From Octopus vulgaris (taxonomy: Eukaryota), in NCBI GenBank assembly GCA_951406725.2, contig OX597840.1, positions 36,518,001 through 36,582,000 on the forward strand: a DNA stretch of 64,000 nucleotides. Direction: 5' to 3'. Below the pieces are notes generated by a model. That model saw nothing but the letters and a program-made list of their open reading frames with translations. It did no database searches and had not been told where the DNA came from. Positions 24,968 through 39,170 of this stretch are shown here, in pieces. Every line of letters starts with the position of its first letter. Positions within the stretch are counted from its first letter, which is position 1. The position numbers and the translations under genes were made by a program.

Positions 24968-25155
24968 ATAATAGAATGTATGTGAATTGTGTGGATGTCG
25001 CTAGTTAGGATAATGAAGGTCACTCTCTGGTGTTGCTGTTGTTGTTGTTGAGTTGGTCTGCAGAAGGGTTTCATACCAGAAGTCATTCTGTTCTGTTAAT
25101 TCTGTCCGTGAAGTGACATATGATACATACACGTGAGTGTGTGTCTGTCTGTATG

Positions 25156-25207
<52 letters not shown>

Positions 25208-25249
25208 AATTTGGATATGGGTACAGGATGTTACCAATGGCACAAATAA

Positions 25250-25459
25250 CATGAAATACGTAAACAAACAAGTTAAATACGTAAAGAACGAGAAAAAAAA
25301 TTGGAAAAACAAGACAAGTAAATAGAGAGAAATCATGCGTGAAACGAGCCGGCAGACAGCCGACACCTGAGGAAGTGTCTTTTCTCTGTGTTTACCTGTT
25401 CTGTTTTCCATATTTTTGTCATTGTTAATGTATTTAACTTGTTTGTTAAGGCATTTCAT
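25250..25459. mobile_element. Imperfect fold-back element beside (TA)n
   Basis: ATGAAATAC..AACAAACAAGTTAAATAC pairs with GTATTTAACTTGTTTGTT..CATTTCAT; A-rich left arm and T-rich right arm. Confidence 0.65.
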
Positions 25460-27403
25460 ATACACTTATATATATATAAACTGATATACACTTGCCTATG
25501 TGTCTATCTGATTATCTACTTGCATATATACCACCGTTCTTATTTATATATTTACACCTCTTATGACCTCTCTATATCAATCCATCCACTGATATCTGTC
25601 TATCTTTCCACCTGTCTATCCATTGATGATCTATCTATCTATCTATCTATCTATTGATCTCTGTCTATCATCATCATCATCAGCATTTTAATGTCCAACT
25701 TTCCATGCTTGGATGGGTCAGACAGAATTTATTGAGGCAGATTTTCTATGTCTTGGTGCTCTCCCTGTGGCCAACCCTCACCTGTTTCCAAGGGAAGTAG
25801 CATTTTCTTCTAATTGTCTTCATGTTTTAACTGAAGACTGGAAAATGAAAGAACCCACATTTTAAAACTCCCATGCAATGCCTAGATACCAATGCACATA
25901 CTCACAAACAAGGGCTTCACACAGTTTCCATCTACCAAATCCCACTCCTAAGATTTTGGTTGGCTCATTTCTGTAGTAAAAGACATGTACGCTAGGACTG
26001 AACCTGGAACCATGACGTTAGGAAACAAGATTCTTTACCCCACAACCACACCAGTGTCTATGTATATAAACGTGTGTGTGTGTGTGTGGGGGGTATCATC
26101 TAATCGTCTACATCTGCATGTATATACGTATTGGTGTATCTACAGAAAGTCTGTCTCTGCACCAAAGTCTTCATGTACCGCCCACCTGAGCTGTTAATGA
26201 ACAGAATGGCTTAAACTTGGAAAATGTACACACGTATGTACATACATATATATATACGTGTGTGTGTGTGTGTGTCTATACATACATATGTATATTTGAG
26301 TGTATGTTTGTTTGTGTGTGTGTGTGTATATATATAAATAATAGGAGTTTATGTATATATATTATGTATATTCATCATGATAAATGTTTCAAAAGAACAT
26401 GAAAATACTCATGTAAATATAAAAATAAAAAAATGAACAGCAAAAATCCAGCTACGTCAGATATGTATATATATACATACATACATACACACAAATATAT
26501 AAGTGAAGTGAGAGAAAGAAAGAGAGTGAGTAAGTGACAGAGAATAGAATAAAAAGCAAAATATTTTGAAGCAAACAGAAATAATAGAATGGAAGAAAAA
26601 TGAGGTTTGGAATAAACGGTCAATATTCTGTTAGTTGAAGTAAGGAAATATATATCTTCTTTGGTTGGAATAGCAATTATGGGAATATCAAGGAGAAGAA
26701 TTGAGAAGCCAAGAGGCCTTCTGAGGATTCTAGAAGTAGGTTTTCATTTGAACAAGAGAAGTTCTTCTCATTTCTTCACAAACTAAATTCCTTATAAACC
26801 CTGTCTCTCCCTGAATCTCCTTGCCCCCCCTCTCCTTATTTCTATCTCTGTTCTCCCCCCCCCTTTCTCTCCCTCTCTCTGAGCTCCTTCACTATAAGTC
26901 TAAATCTTCAGTATTTCATCTGGATGCACATAATATGTAGAATAAGGAACCGGTTTGATGGATTGACTGTCGGTTTGGAGAGCGAAAACATCAAGACAAG
27001 AGAAGAGAGAATAGGAGAGGATTAATGAGAAAATGCCACGGACGGCCAAGGAAAGATACATGTAGACATAGACAAACAAATCTATCTATCTACACACATA
27101 TACATACATAAATGCATACACACACACACATATATAAGTACAAGCATGGCTTGTTTTCCAAGCCATGTGGCTTTGGGTTCAGTCCTATTGTGTGGCTCTG
27201 GGTAAATATCCACTACTACAGTCCCAGGCTGACCAATGCCTTGTGAGTGAATTTTACTGATGGAAAGTGAAAGAAGCCTGTTGTATATATTTGTATAATT
27301 GTGTGTGTGTGTGTTTGCTTATATTGAGAGCACTTAAAAATATGATCTTCTGTGTTTATTTTCTGTAACTAAGCTGATCAACAAAGAGATAAAACTGAGT
27401 TAA

Positions 27404-27624
27404 CCCTTTAGCATTTAAACCGGCCATATCCGGCCAAAAGTATTCTGCCTGTATTATGTTCAAACTGGCCAGATCTGGTCTCTCAGACCAACCCTACAAT
27501 ATCGTTTTAAAAATTAACAGCTACCTCATCAAAATCTCATAGCTACAAGATAATGCATGATTAATTCAAAACAATGTGGATAAAAAAGGATTAATTTTGG
27601 CAGAATAATGCAAACACTAAAAGG
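27404..27624. mobile_element. piggyBac-type MITE family 2 (221 bp)
   Basis: TTAA at 27400-27403 and 27625-27628; CCCTTTAG terminus; similar to 20019-20212. Confidence 0.85.
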
Positions 27625-28099
27625 TTAAGCACCTAAAATACAGTTTATGTAATTGACTAAAACCTATCAATGGTGGCTGAAATAAACATGAATCTTTCTC
27701 TCTCTCTCTGTAATATATATATATATATATATTATATCTGCATGTAAGTAATGAACTAGAAAGTGAGGAATCAATACAACATTGGTGGACAAGAATTTCT
27801 TTTAATAGCTGAGCATTGTTAAGTATGATACCAATAGTTTCATGCAAAGAACCTACAGTTATTCAACAGTAGTTGAAATAACATTAGATGTTCAGCTAAT
27901 ATTTGTGAGGCACACAGCAAAAACCAAAAAAGGCTAAACAGCCATTATTATTAAAAATGTAATTCAATTGGTAATTTTTTTTTTGTATGAAAATATCATA
28001 CTAACAACACTAAACTATTAAAAGTAGAACTAACTCTGAACTGATGAGGTTGGAAAGCAAACTCCTTCCCTCACGACTATTCCTGTCTCTTTAGGAATA

Positions 28100-29050
28100 A
28101 AATTTACAATTTAAGATTTAACTACTTAACTGGTTTCTCCATTCATCCTTTATTATATTCATACCCCTAAAGGCAGGAATACATCTATGGCTATTGACCC
28201 TAACCAACTGGAACTTCATCTATTCAACAGACACAAATATTCCCTGCTTGACCCCTTGCCCCAACCCTAAACTTTGCTGGCATCTTATCTACAATTCTCT
28301 TTATTTCTTTTCCTATTTTCCTTGTTCTTTTTCATTTTTTTTAATTTTCATCCTCCATTATATTCCTCTTCTCTTCTTTTATCTGTCCCCTAATTTTATC
28401 TGTACCCTAATTTTTACAATTTATTCTTATTGCTACTTTTTATATTTTTTATTTTTATTTTATTATTATATTTTAATTCTATTTTTTTACTCTATATTTT
28501 TATATTTCTTTATTTTTAATTCTTCTAACTAATCCCTCCTCTCTCTACCCCCATAAGCTACCCAAATTCTCTTTCTCTCTCTCCTCATTAATCTCTCTTT
28601 CCCTTTATTTCTCTTTTTCCTTCTCCCCCAAACCAACCATTTCGATATGAACACACCATTCCCATTTCTGCGGAAACATTGTTGTGAACACACTACTCAT
28701 ACTTTGCCGTAATACTGCCTGGATTTACCTTGGATTATACCTAAGCACATTCACACTAATTTTCATACTCTTTGAAAAATGAACGGTGGAATTTATTTCC
28801 ATATTCTCTGCTCTTCTATTTCATTGCTTATTATCTGCGAATTTTTCATGTCCAGATCTTTTATCTGAATAATTCCATGTCTACATCTTTCATGTGTTCT
28901 CTACTTGTCTCTGATGACGAAATACCCCATATTCAGGCATACTTACCTATCACGTGCGATACCCCAGAAACAGCTGTAAGGATCTCAACTAATTTAAAAA
29001 TAATATAAAATAATGTGATCTAGTCTTTCTCATTCACAAAATGAGCCCCT
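28100..29050 (+). mobile_element. Probable Penelope-like element 3' region with hammerhead motif (28906-28983)
   Basis: HTPKGRN at ~28160 resembles the PxGLN end of PLE ORFs; T-rich UTR; TCT-CTGATGA...GAA-ACAGCTGT-A-AG with palindromic stem III. Confidence 0.5.
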
Positions 29051-29169
29051 TTAATTTTGCTCAGATTGCAATTCTGAAATTTTTAATTATGATCAACCAA
29101 TTACTTTATCTTGTAAATTAAAGAATCAGATGTTATTTGGAATTGTAGTTGGGTAATTTGGGTAATTTT

Positions 29170-29217
29170 AGCCAATCAACAGACAGCGTGGCATAAGCAG
29201 CTTGTTACCATGACAAC
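29170..29217 (+). promoter_or_regulatory. Candidate NF-Y (AGCCAATCA) plus RFX X-box (GTTACCATGACAAC) module
   Basis: CCAAT at 29172-29176 and near-palindromic X-box at 29204-29217, in unique sequence. Confidence 0.4.
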
Positions 29218-30039
29218 AGGATGCTGTGTTGTGATTCGCTTCACTGTTGTCTGTTGATTTTACACAATTGATTCTTCACACCACAAGATTCTTTTCACCT
29301 GCGTGTTTTGTTTTAATTTTTCTGTGTGTTAGTATATTACATATTTTTCTGTGCTTCTGTCTGTTAGTATTTTTACAGATTATTCATTTCATGTTATTCT
29401 TATCATAGTTAATAAATCCAAGCATGAAAACGTTACTCAACTTTGGAGTTTTGGAGACAGATGCCTCCTTCACACACAAACAAACGTATAAAAGTACATT
29501 TAAACTTACATATGACTACACACATCCACATGCACTTATATATTAATGATGTACACAAATACCTGACAGGTAAACACAATACTGAAATACACATAAAACA
29601 TCATCATCATCACCATCATCGTCATTTAAACCATTTAACAAAACTATTCGCACCAAAAACACATAAAGTGTGTTTACGAAAGCAACTCCCAACTAACAGA
29701 GGTCTTAAAACTGACAGAAAGGAGCAGGCTGGTTCGCTGCTGTGATTGGTAACACAGTTGCATTAACAAAGGGATGTGGGTTCAAGTCCTATGTGTATGA
29801 GGAAGCCTATTTTTTTCTGTTGAGGGCTTTTATGCCCCTTTATTAGACTATTTTCCTTAGTCATTGCACAGTGATCGCCACAAGCTTTGAGCTTATAAAA
29901 AAAATCCCATTATTATTACTTAAAGAATTGTAAAACTTGATACCACTTAAAAAAAACCCAAGAAGTCTGTTGCATACACACACACACACACACAGATGTG
30001 CGTGTGTGTGTGCATGCATGCGCTTGTGTGTGTGTCTTT

Positions 30040-30228
30040 GTCCCCCCCCATCACTTGACAACCAATGTTGGTGTGCTTACAGTCCAGTAACTTAATGGCT
30101 TGGGAAAAGAGACCAATAGAATAAGAACTAGGCTTATAATGAATAAGTCCTGGGGTCGATTTGTTTGACTAAAGGCGGTGCTCCAGCATAGCCACAGTCA
30201 AATGACTGAAACAAGTAAAAAAATGAAA
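30040..30228 (+). mobile_element. SINE family A, 3' part
   Basis: GAATAAGTCCTGGGGTCGATTTGTTTGACTAAAGGCGGTGCTCCAGCA. Confidence 0.85.
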
Positions 30229-30230
30229 GA

Positions 30231-30262
<32 letters not shown>

Positions 30263-31504
30263 ATATATGCATGAATATATGTGTGTGTGTGTGTGTGTAT
30301 ATATATATGTGTGTGTGTGTGTGTGTAAACACATATATATACACACATGATGGGCTTCTTTCAGTTTCTGTCTACCAAATTCATCAGAAGGCTTTGTATA
30401 TATATATATTGAAAAGAGAAGTTCTAATAAGTTTATAACAAAGTTTATATTAAAACAAATAACTTGATGAATATTTAATTGAAGAAAAAAAGTGTGTGTG
30501 TGGGGGGTGCATAGGGGAGGAGGGCTGTGTGGAGGGGGGTGGAAGAGAACCACCTAAACAGGAAACTGAAGCAGATTAAATGAAAACCTTTGAATTCCCA
30601 ATAAAACTTGTCAAGATATAAAAATCCTGTTTCTTTCTGATATAGACATACACATACAGAGAACACACATTTCTTATATGTACACACACACACACACACA
30701 CACACATGCCTACACAGATATATGTGTGAGTATTTCTTTATTGTTTTTTCTCATTGTTCTTTGCCTGTTGGCATTGGTTGGATGAAAATTACTGAAGCAG
30801 TTGTTCCAAGGCCGGATGACCTTCCTGTCATCCTGTTTTTTCAAGAAAGATAATCTTATCTCACTAATCTTCCAATGTCAAAGAATGTTGTCCAAGGTTC
30901 TCTATATATGGAAGAAAAAGATCGCCAAGCTCTTACGAACTTTTTCAAATTCAGTTTGATAGGGAATGGCGTGGGTGGAGAAGGAAGTGTTTTCCTTTAG
31001 TAATATGCGTAAAAATGGATGACAATGGCAAAAATGCTAAGAATGTGTGACTCTTGTCCCATGGCACTACCATTTTGGCTGAATGATTTCAACTCTGCTG
31101 TGATCTGTACTCTTCCTGGCAACGCACTTCATTTTTGACCCACCAGAAAATTCTGCACAAGGGATCAAAAACCAGTCTTTTAGGTATGTCCCTTCACATC
31201 TCTAACACACGACCAAAATTCCCTGCCCCTAAATTCCATCAGGTGATTCACTCATAGCTGGGCTGCACATGTTTAGGCAAAACTCATACCTTACAACATT
31301 AAAAAGTGCCACCCATTCTTACAAACGAGATGGCTTTTACCCAGAATGCAACTGCTGCAAGACCATGATCTAAACTGCTTTCCAACAGCATGGTTCCTAG
31401 TTCAGTCACACTGTGTGACACCTTCGGCAAATGTCTTTTACTATAGCCTCGAGCCAACCAAAACCTTGTGAGTGGATTTGATAAACAGAAACTGAAAGAA
31501 GCCT

Positions 31505-31607
<103 letters not shown>

Positions 31608-31624
31608 CACATATATATATATAT

Positions 31625-31936
31625 AGAGTAAAAAAGTTAAACAGAAGAGTAAGTACAGTTAGACAGCTTTTTAATCCCTACAAATGTTTCGATACAAACA
31701 GATCCACGTATATACAGGATGTTGTAGCATGGAAATCTAGATTTACTTACAGAGACAGCAATTAATATCGCCCGAGGAGAGATATATGGATCTTCTTATA
31801 CAGGTAAATTGCTACATAATTTCATTTAAATTTAAACTTTAAATCCTGTATATACGAGGATCTGTAAGTATCGAAACATTTGTAGCGATTAAAAAGCTGC
31901 CTAAACGTACTGACTCTTCCTTTTGACTCTTTTACT
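31625..31936. mobile_element. Fold-back element next to (TA)n, arms about 95 bp
   Basis: 31625-31720 is an imperfect reverse complement of 31843-31936; includes CGAAACATTTGTA. Confidence 0.75.
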
Positions 31937-33247
31937 TTTTATTTTTTATTTTCACACACGAGAAATACCCAAGACTAGAACTGGTAGCACACTCTAAGAA
32001 TACTACTGGCTATTTGGGAATTCTAAAGGGGAATGAGCTCTGTTTGTACCCTAATATGTTCTTAACAGAATACACCATCAACTATATATATATGTTTATA
32101 TATATATATATATCTAGATATCTAGATATATATGTGTGTGTGTGTGCATAGTTTATGTGTGTGTGTTTACATTCCTGTAACTTAGCAGTTCAGCAAAAGG
32201 GTCTGACAGAATAAGTACCAGGCTCGAAAAAAAAGAAAAATAATGAAAGTGCTGGGTGTCAGTTTGTGCTACTAAAAATCTTTCCAAGGCAGTGCCCCAG
32301 CATGGCCACAGTCAAACGACTGAAACAAGTAAATAACAAACATCACTAACATCACCACCACCACCAGTCATATCCTTTGTGGGGTGGGGGCTTCAGAGGA
32401 AATACTTTGGTGAGGTGAGGGAAATGGGAATGTGGTGGTGGTGGTCGTGGTGGGATACAGAAAATGTTTCTGGCAGAATTTGTTATTTGAAGCTTAAACT
32501 CTTAAGAGAGGAACTACGGAGTGTGTTTCTTCTTTCTTTCTTTCTTTCTTTCTTCTTCCTTTCTTGTGAAATCAATTTATTTGTTGCCTGCTCAGACGAA
32601 GAAGGTGTTATATAGATTGAAAAAGTTGAATGAGATGGTGTCAGAAGGAGGGAGATGGTGGGGGGGAGGAGCACTTTGTACTAAGTTGTGAGAGGGGAGT
32701 GCAGGGGGGGGGGGGCAGGTTCCTGTTTTTATTCACGGAAGCAGAAGGTATTTTGGAATGCTGATGATGATGATGTATATTCTAGTTGCTGTTTAGCCCC
32801 AGGACTGCTCTGGTTAAGTACACTATAATCGAAATTGTTCCAGATTGGGCCATCCAGTTTTACCATTATTTTTTCTTTTTGTATAATGGAAATTACAATG
32901 CCAACTGTGCATATCTTAAAGGTAAGGTATGTAGTTCAAGGAAGATTTGGCTGTTATTTCTAGCACGTTTAGCAAGCCTGTAATTGGTTTGGGGCAATGG
33001 GTATTCTATATGTTTGTACAACAGAACATACTTATATGAGCCAAGTATGGAAAAGCAGGAGTAAAATGAAAGATGATAGAGTGAAGCCTGGTGCAGTCCT
33101 CTGCCGAGCCAACCCCTGTCAAACAGTCCAACCCATGCCAGCATAGAAAAGGGACGTTAAGTGATGATGATGATGATGATATATATATAGAGAGAGAGAG
33201 AAAAAGAGAGGAAACAAAGTGTATGTATGCCGCTATATATATATATA

Positions 33248-33460
33248 TAAAATAAAATACAAAATGGGACAAGAAGACAACACATCCAGACAACAGCTGA
33301 AATTGCGAGGATGATCCGGTTCTTGACTGAAGATAAAAGGCTTTGAATGACCCGTCCGTGTTTTTTTGTATCGTCTATCTGGATGTTTTGTTGTTCCCTT
33401 TTGTATCACCTAGTTGTCCAGGTGTTTTGCGTTCTTGTCCCATTTTGTATTTTATTTTAT
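33248..33460. mobile_element. Fold-back element flanked by (TA)n on both sides
   Basis: AAAATAAAATACAAAATGGGACAAGAA.. pairs with ..TTCTTGTCCCATTTTGTATTTTATTTT. Confidence 0.75.
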
Positions 33461-34089
33461 TTTATATATATATATATATATATATAATGCATGTGAGTGA
33501 GTACATATAGTGTTTACTTGAAGAAAACTTGAGTACTCAACATACAGTGTATGTGTGTATATGTATATATATACACACACACACACACAATAATGTAGTC
33601 TATTAATGATAATACATGGCTAACTTCAAGATTCCTGAACAATAACTTATGAGAATAAACTATCAGATGAGAAATGTAACCAGTTTCCAAAAGATAATTT
33701 GGTGTTCCAATGCCGGATGGGATTCCGTGTATAAGATGTGGGTGTAAAGAGCAAATGTTAATGGATGAAGAAGGGCTATATAACTATATATACCCTCACA
33801 CGACAACTGCTTGCAACACTGGTTGATATATGCTTCAATATCGGAAGTAAGAAATCTCATCAAGACAATTGTTTAACTGTGGGTGCATACTCTATTTACA
33901 AGGACCAACAGGGCTAAAAACACACCCAGCATTCTTGCTAGCTGCAGCTAGGAAGACGTTTTTGTCTCTCTCCAAAATATATTCTGTTTTTAGACACAGA
34001 ACGTCCATAGGATATTTTATCTCAGACAAAAACCACAGCAATTTGTCTGTTAATGGTGTATTTTACACTAAGCACAATACATAAATGAC

Positions 34090-34163
34090 TGACTATCTAT
34101 CTATCTCTCTATATCTGTCTGTCTATCTCTCTCTCTATATATATATATATATCTGTCTGTCTA

Positions 34164-34194
<31 letters not shown>

Positions 34195-34363
34195 CTGTCT
34201 ATCTATCTATCTCTATATATATATCTGTCTATCTATCTATCTATATATATATCTGTCTATCTATCTATCTATCTATATATATATATATCTGTCTATCTAT
34301 CTATATATATATATATCTGTCTATCTATCTATCTATATATATATATCTATCTATCTATATATA

Positions 34364-34439
<76 letters not shown>

Positions 34440-35152
34440 TATTGATACGAAATCTAATACCTTTGCACTATGTTGGCTTCTGCAAACTGATGCCATCATT
34501 TTGCCATGTGAACACAACAAAAAGGTTTCTTATTGACAAAAAACCCTCGAAGGGCCGGGGTGAGGTGCAATATTAATTTACTCTTTAACATAACCTGCAA
34601 GAAACACACGACTTATGATTAAGAGTTCATTGTTCTGTAGATACGTGTGTTTAAGTGCACGTTTGTGTGTGTGTGTGTGTTTATGTGTAAGTGTGTGTGT
34701 GTGTGTGTGTGTGTTGTTATGTTAGATTGTAATTAACTTTTTAGCTCTGATACATTCCACACCTGTTGCCCTTCACTCTCCTCCCTTACAAATATACACG
34801 TCTACACCCACACATATGGCATATCCCCATGCATAGATACAGTGAAATACACTTACACACACACACACACATATTTATCTGTATGTATACATATATATAT
34901 ATATATATATCTGTATGTGTATATATATATATATCTGTACATACATATATATATTTATATCTGCATATATATATATCTGTATGTGTGTGTGTATATATAT
35001 ATATATACATACATACATATATATATTTATATCTGCATATATATATATCTGTATGTGTGTGTGTGTATATATATATATATATACATACATATATATATTT
35101 ATATCTGCATATATATATATATCTGTATGTGTATATATATATATATCTATCT

Positions 35153-35226
<74 letters not shown>

Positions 35227-35231
35227 GTGTA

Positions 35232-35270
<39 letters not shown>

Positions 35271-35298
35271 GTATGTGTATATATATATATATATATCT

Positions 35299-35340
<42 letters not shown>

Positions 35341-35395
35341 GTATGTGTGTGTGTATATATATATCTGTATGTGTATATATATATATGCACACACA
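34090..35395. repeat. (TATC)n/(TA)n microsatellites and ATCTGTATGTGTG(TA)n minisatellite
   Basis: Directly visible; a short unique spacer lies at ~34440-34660. Confidence 0.9.
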
Positions 35396-36488
35396 TGTCC
35401 TGGACCTCTGCTTCACAAACAACATGGCACTCATCAATAATGTTAAGGTGGCATCAACGCTTTTCTTGGACCATAACTGAATACTGCTAACCACGTATGG
35501 CCTGCAGAAGACTAGAGGGCTGCAGGCTACTAGAAGCCCCCAACTCCTCTCCTGCCTGAACTTTCAAACAACTAATTGGAAGGGGACTGGGGAGAGAGGT
35601 CATGGAACAGAACTGGTCTGCCGGGGGGGGGGGGGAAGGGGGTTCAATGCAAGGTATTGAAAGAAAGCGACAACACTTTGTGACCATCATGCATGACAAA
35701 TGCTGTAAGTATGCTCCAGACACATCTACACATCCATATACTCACATCTACATCCAGACACATCTACACACATATATATATATACACACATGTGACCTCT
35801 GACATGCTCGAACGTATGCCTGTGTGTCTCCCTTACTATATAGTATTACCCCCCCCCCCCATGATGTCAATAAGTAATTGTTTTTTCATTTCCATTAAAA
35901 CAATATAATATTTGATAGACATAGTCTTTCTATTGTCAACTATAGTGCAGGACATTTTATGAGTGTATATGTGTCTGTGTGTGTATGTCTCTGTGACTGT
36001 GTGTGTGTTTCTGCATCAGGTACATTATTAAACACACACACATCTACACACATATATATATATACACATGTGACGACTGACATGCGTGAATGTATGTCTG
36101 TATGTGTCTCTCTTACTATACGTATGTGAGAGTGTATGGGAGAGTGTACGTGTGTCTATCATCACATTTTGTATTTGAATGTCTATGTGTGTGTGAGTGT
36201 TTTCGCATTCATTAAGTACATTATTAAACACACATCTACACATATACATACATATGTGGCAAGTACGACTGGAGGTGAAACTCTTGACAAAAATCAATCA
36301 GGTGGCACATTCAAGGTATATAAAATACCTGTCTACCGTTCAATTGCCAGTTCCTAATTAGCCCAGCAGTTGCAGGTTTTCAGCAATTTGCTTATATTTG
36401 GTTAATTCACTCTGCATACAAAAATACAGACATACAACATACACACAGCTGCTTACAAAAATTGAGATTAATGTATATTTTTTTCTAT

Positions 36489-36885
36489 ACTCTTTTACTC
36501 GTTTCAGTCATTTGACTGCGGCCGTGCTGGAGCACCGACTTTAGTCAAGCAAATCAACCCCAAGACTTATTCTTTGTAAGCCTAATACTTATTCTATCGG
36601 TCTCTTTTGCTGAACCGCTAAGTTATGGGGACGTAAACACACCAGCATCGGTTGTCAAGCAGTGATGGGGGGGGGATAAACCTGGACACATAAACACACA
36701 CACACATATATATACATATATACGACAGGCTTCTTTCATTTTCCGTCTACCAAATCTACTCAGAAAGCTTTGGTCAGCCTGACGCTATAGTAGAAGACAC
36801 TTGCCCAAGGTGCCATGCAGTGGGACTAAACCCGGAACCATGTGGTTGGTAAACAAGCTACTCACCACACAGCCACTCCTGCGCC
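36489..36885 (-). mobile_element. SINE family A, full length
   Basis: Reverse complement of the 24583 and 42848 copies along its whole length. Confidence 0.92.
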
Positions 36886-36983
36886 TATGTCCATAATTTT
36901 TTAATTACAATTTTAAAAGAAAATACAAAAGCTCTCCAGACACACTTATGAAGCCAGGAGGTTTGCAGAAAACCGAAGGTGAG

Positions 36984-37170
36984 AGTCTCAAGAGATAAAG
37001 TGCATGAGACTTTAAGACAAAGGCAAGCTGCAGCATGTTGGATGGAATCTCAAGAGAGAAGGGAGATGAGACTTTGTTAAAATCAGAAAAAGGCAAGCTG
37101 CAACATGTTGGATGGTGTCTCAAGGGAGAATTGAGATGAAACTTTCCCAAAGACCAGCAAAGGCCATGCT
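36984..37170. repeat. About 70-bp degenerate tandem repeat (about 2.5 units)
   Basis: AAGGCAAGCTGCA.CATGTTGGATGG at 37020 and 37090. Confidence 0.8.
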
Positions 37171-38790
37171 GTAGCACTTAATGGTGTATCATTGAAACAA
37201 TGTTTAACACGCCAGATTACACAGAAGTCCAATAGAACAGCTCTCAGAAACAGACAAATTTGTCCTTTACAACTCCTGGAGCTGCTTTCAGATATGGTCC
37301 ATCCCATTCTCATAAAAATCATAATCCTGTTGAAACTAGTGTGTGCTAAACTGAAATTGTTTCTGTAAAGCTTTAAGATTTTCTGAGAAAAGTTTTATCA
37401 AAATCGATTCACAGAAAACTGAGAAATCCTAAATGTCACTCCTAGGCTCTTAGCATGGTTCTGAGTATATATGTATATATATGTACGCATACACACACAT
37501 ATATATATAGATACATACACACACGTGTTTGTGAGCATGACTTAAATGTATCTTATCATAGTTTAATATTACAAACTCTTTCAGATAAGAAACAAAACAT
37601 TATCTTATCAATATGTTAACAACATCAACAAGAAACCTAAGATTACATAATGTTGAAAACACAAGAAGGACATTATCATCTTATTGGCTGTTTTGGGGAA
37701 GAAAATAGGGAAAGTTGAAAGAAAAAAATGTATCTCCCCTACCCACCCCCACCAACAGTTGTTCATTTGCCATGACCATCCCAACTCATGATATTGTTCA
37801 GACAAAATATTCATTATGTTGTCAAGGATTGAACATTATTCGATGAATCCTTCATGGGTTGGTGGTGTGATTTGAATTAGATCTGGCTGCTATTTCTAGA
37901 AGGTTGAACACCCACTTAGGGGAATCTCCTTCAATAGCATTCACAGCAGCAGTAGCAGCAGCAGCAGTAGTAGTTGTGGTATCTCTCCAATAAAATCTGT
38001 TTCAGAAAGCAACCACTTGATCTAAACACGGATTTCCTTTCCTGTTTTTAAATGGAGGCATGTCCCCCCCCAAACACCCCCCAATACATGTTTCCTGGGT
38101 TTTTAGATGAAATGTTAAGACGAGGATGGTTTTCAAAACTGCTTTGCAATTGGAAAAGAAAAAACCGAAAAGGACTAAAAGCAATCCGTATATTGTTGGT
38201 ACTCTGTAAGCAAACTGGGGGGGGGGGGGGAACTCAGGAATTCCAGGGGAATTTCATTTTGTGTTTGGATGAAGAGTTTTAAGAGTTATGCATATTCGGC
38301 TGAGTGTAAGGAGTGGGTAATAACGGGTGGGAGGAGGAGGAGGAAATAATTTTTTTAAGATACACACACATATATATATACATACATATGCACACACACA
38401 CACACACTCATATATGTACGTATAAACATGCACACACACACACACATACATATATATGCATGCACACACGTACATATATATGCATGCACACACGTGTACA
38501 TACATAGCCACATATACATTTGCACACACAAACTCACAGAGGCATCACTGGTGAATAAATACTATTTTCATGTATTTAATCACTCGAGATTCAAACTTTG
38601 TACGGTTAAAAGCAAATGATTTTTAATCTTTTAAATGATGTATGTTTTAATGTGAAACTTTTAATTAGCATAATGCAATTACTAGTAATATTAATAAAGT
38701 CCCTCCAAAATTACATCATTTAATCTAAAAACAGTTTGAAAAGTTGAGAGTATTTTTAAATGTAGCATTCAATATTAAATTTCATCTAAG

Positions 38791-39170
38791 GGGGGCGAAC
38801 TGGTAGAAATGTTTGCATGCTGGATGAAATGTTTAGCGGTATTTCGTCTGCCATTACGTTCTGAGTTCAAATCCTGCTGAGGTCGACTTTGCCTTTCATC
38901 CTTTCGGGGTTGATTAAATAAGTACCAGTTATGCCCTGGGGTCGATGTAATTGACTTAATCCATTTGTCTGTTCTTGTTTGTCCTCTCTGTGTTTAGCCC
39001 CTTGTGGCTAGTAAAGAAATAGGTATTTTGTCTGTCTTTACGTTCTGAGCTCAAATTCCATCGAGGTTGATTTTGTCTTTTATCCTTTTGAGTTTGATAA
39101 ATTAAGTACCAGTTGCATACTGGGGTCGATCTAATCGACTGCCCCCCTTCCCCACCAAGTAGAAAAGAGT
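38791..39170 (+). mobile_element. SINE family B with duplicated central domain
   Basis: GGTATTT.GTCTG...TACGTTCTGAG.TCAAAT..GAGGT.GA..TTG.CTTT.ATCCTTT..TAAGTACCAGTT occurs twice. Confidence 0.85.

Noticed and set aside
28041-28080. CTGATGAG hammerhead-like core
   Set aside because: No properly placed stem II followed by GAAA, stem III and stem I.
30860-31370. Possible ancient Tc1/mariner transposase remnant (FWWVKNEV-like)
   Set aside because: The similarity is too weak to support by eye, and no TIRs were found.
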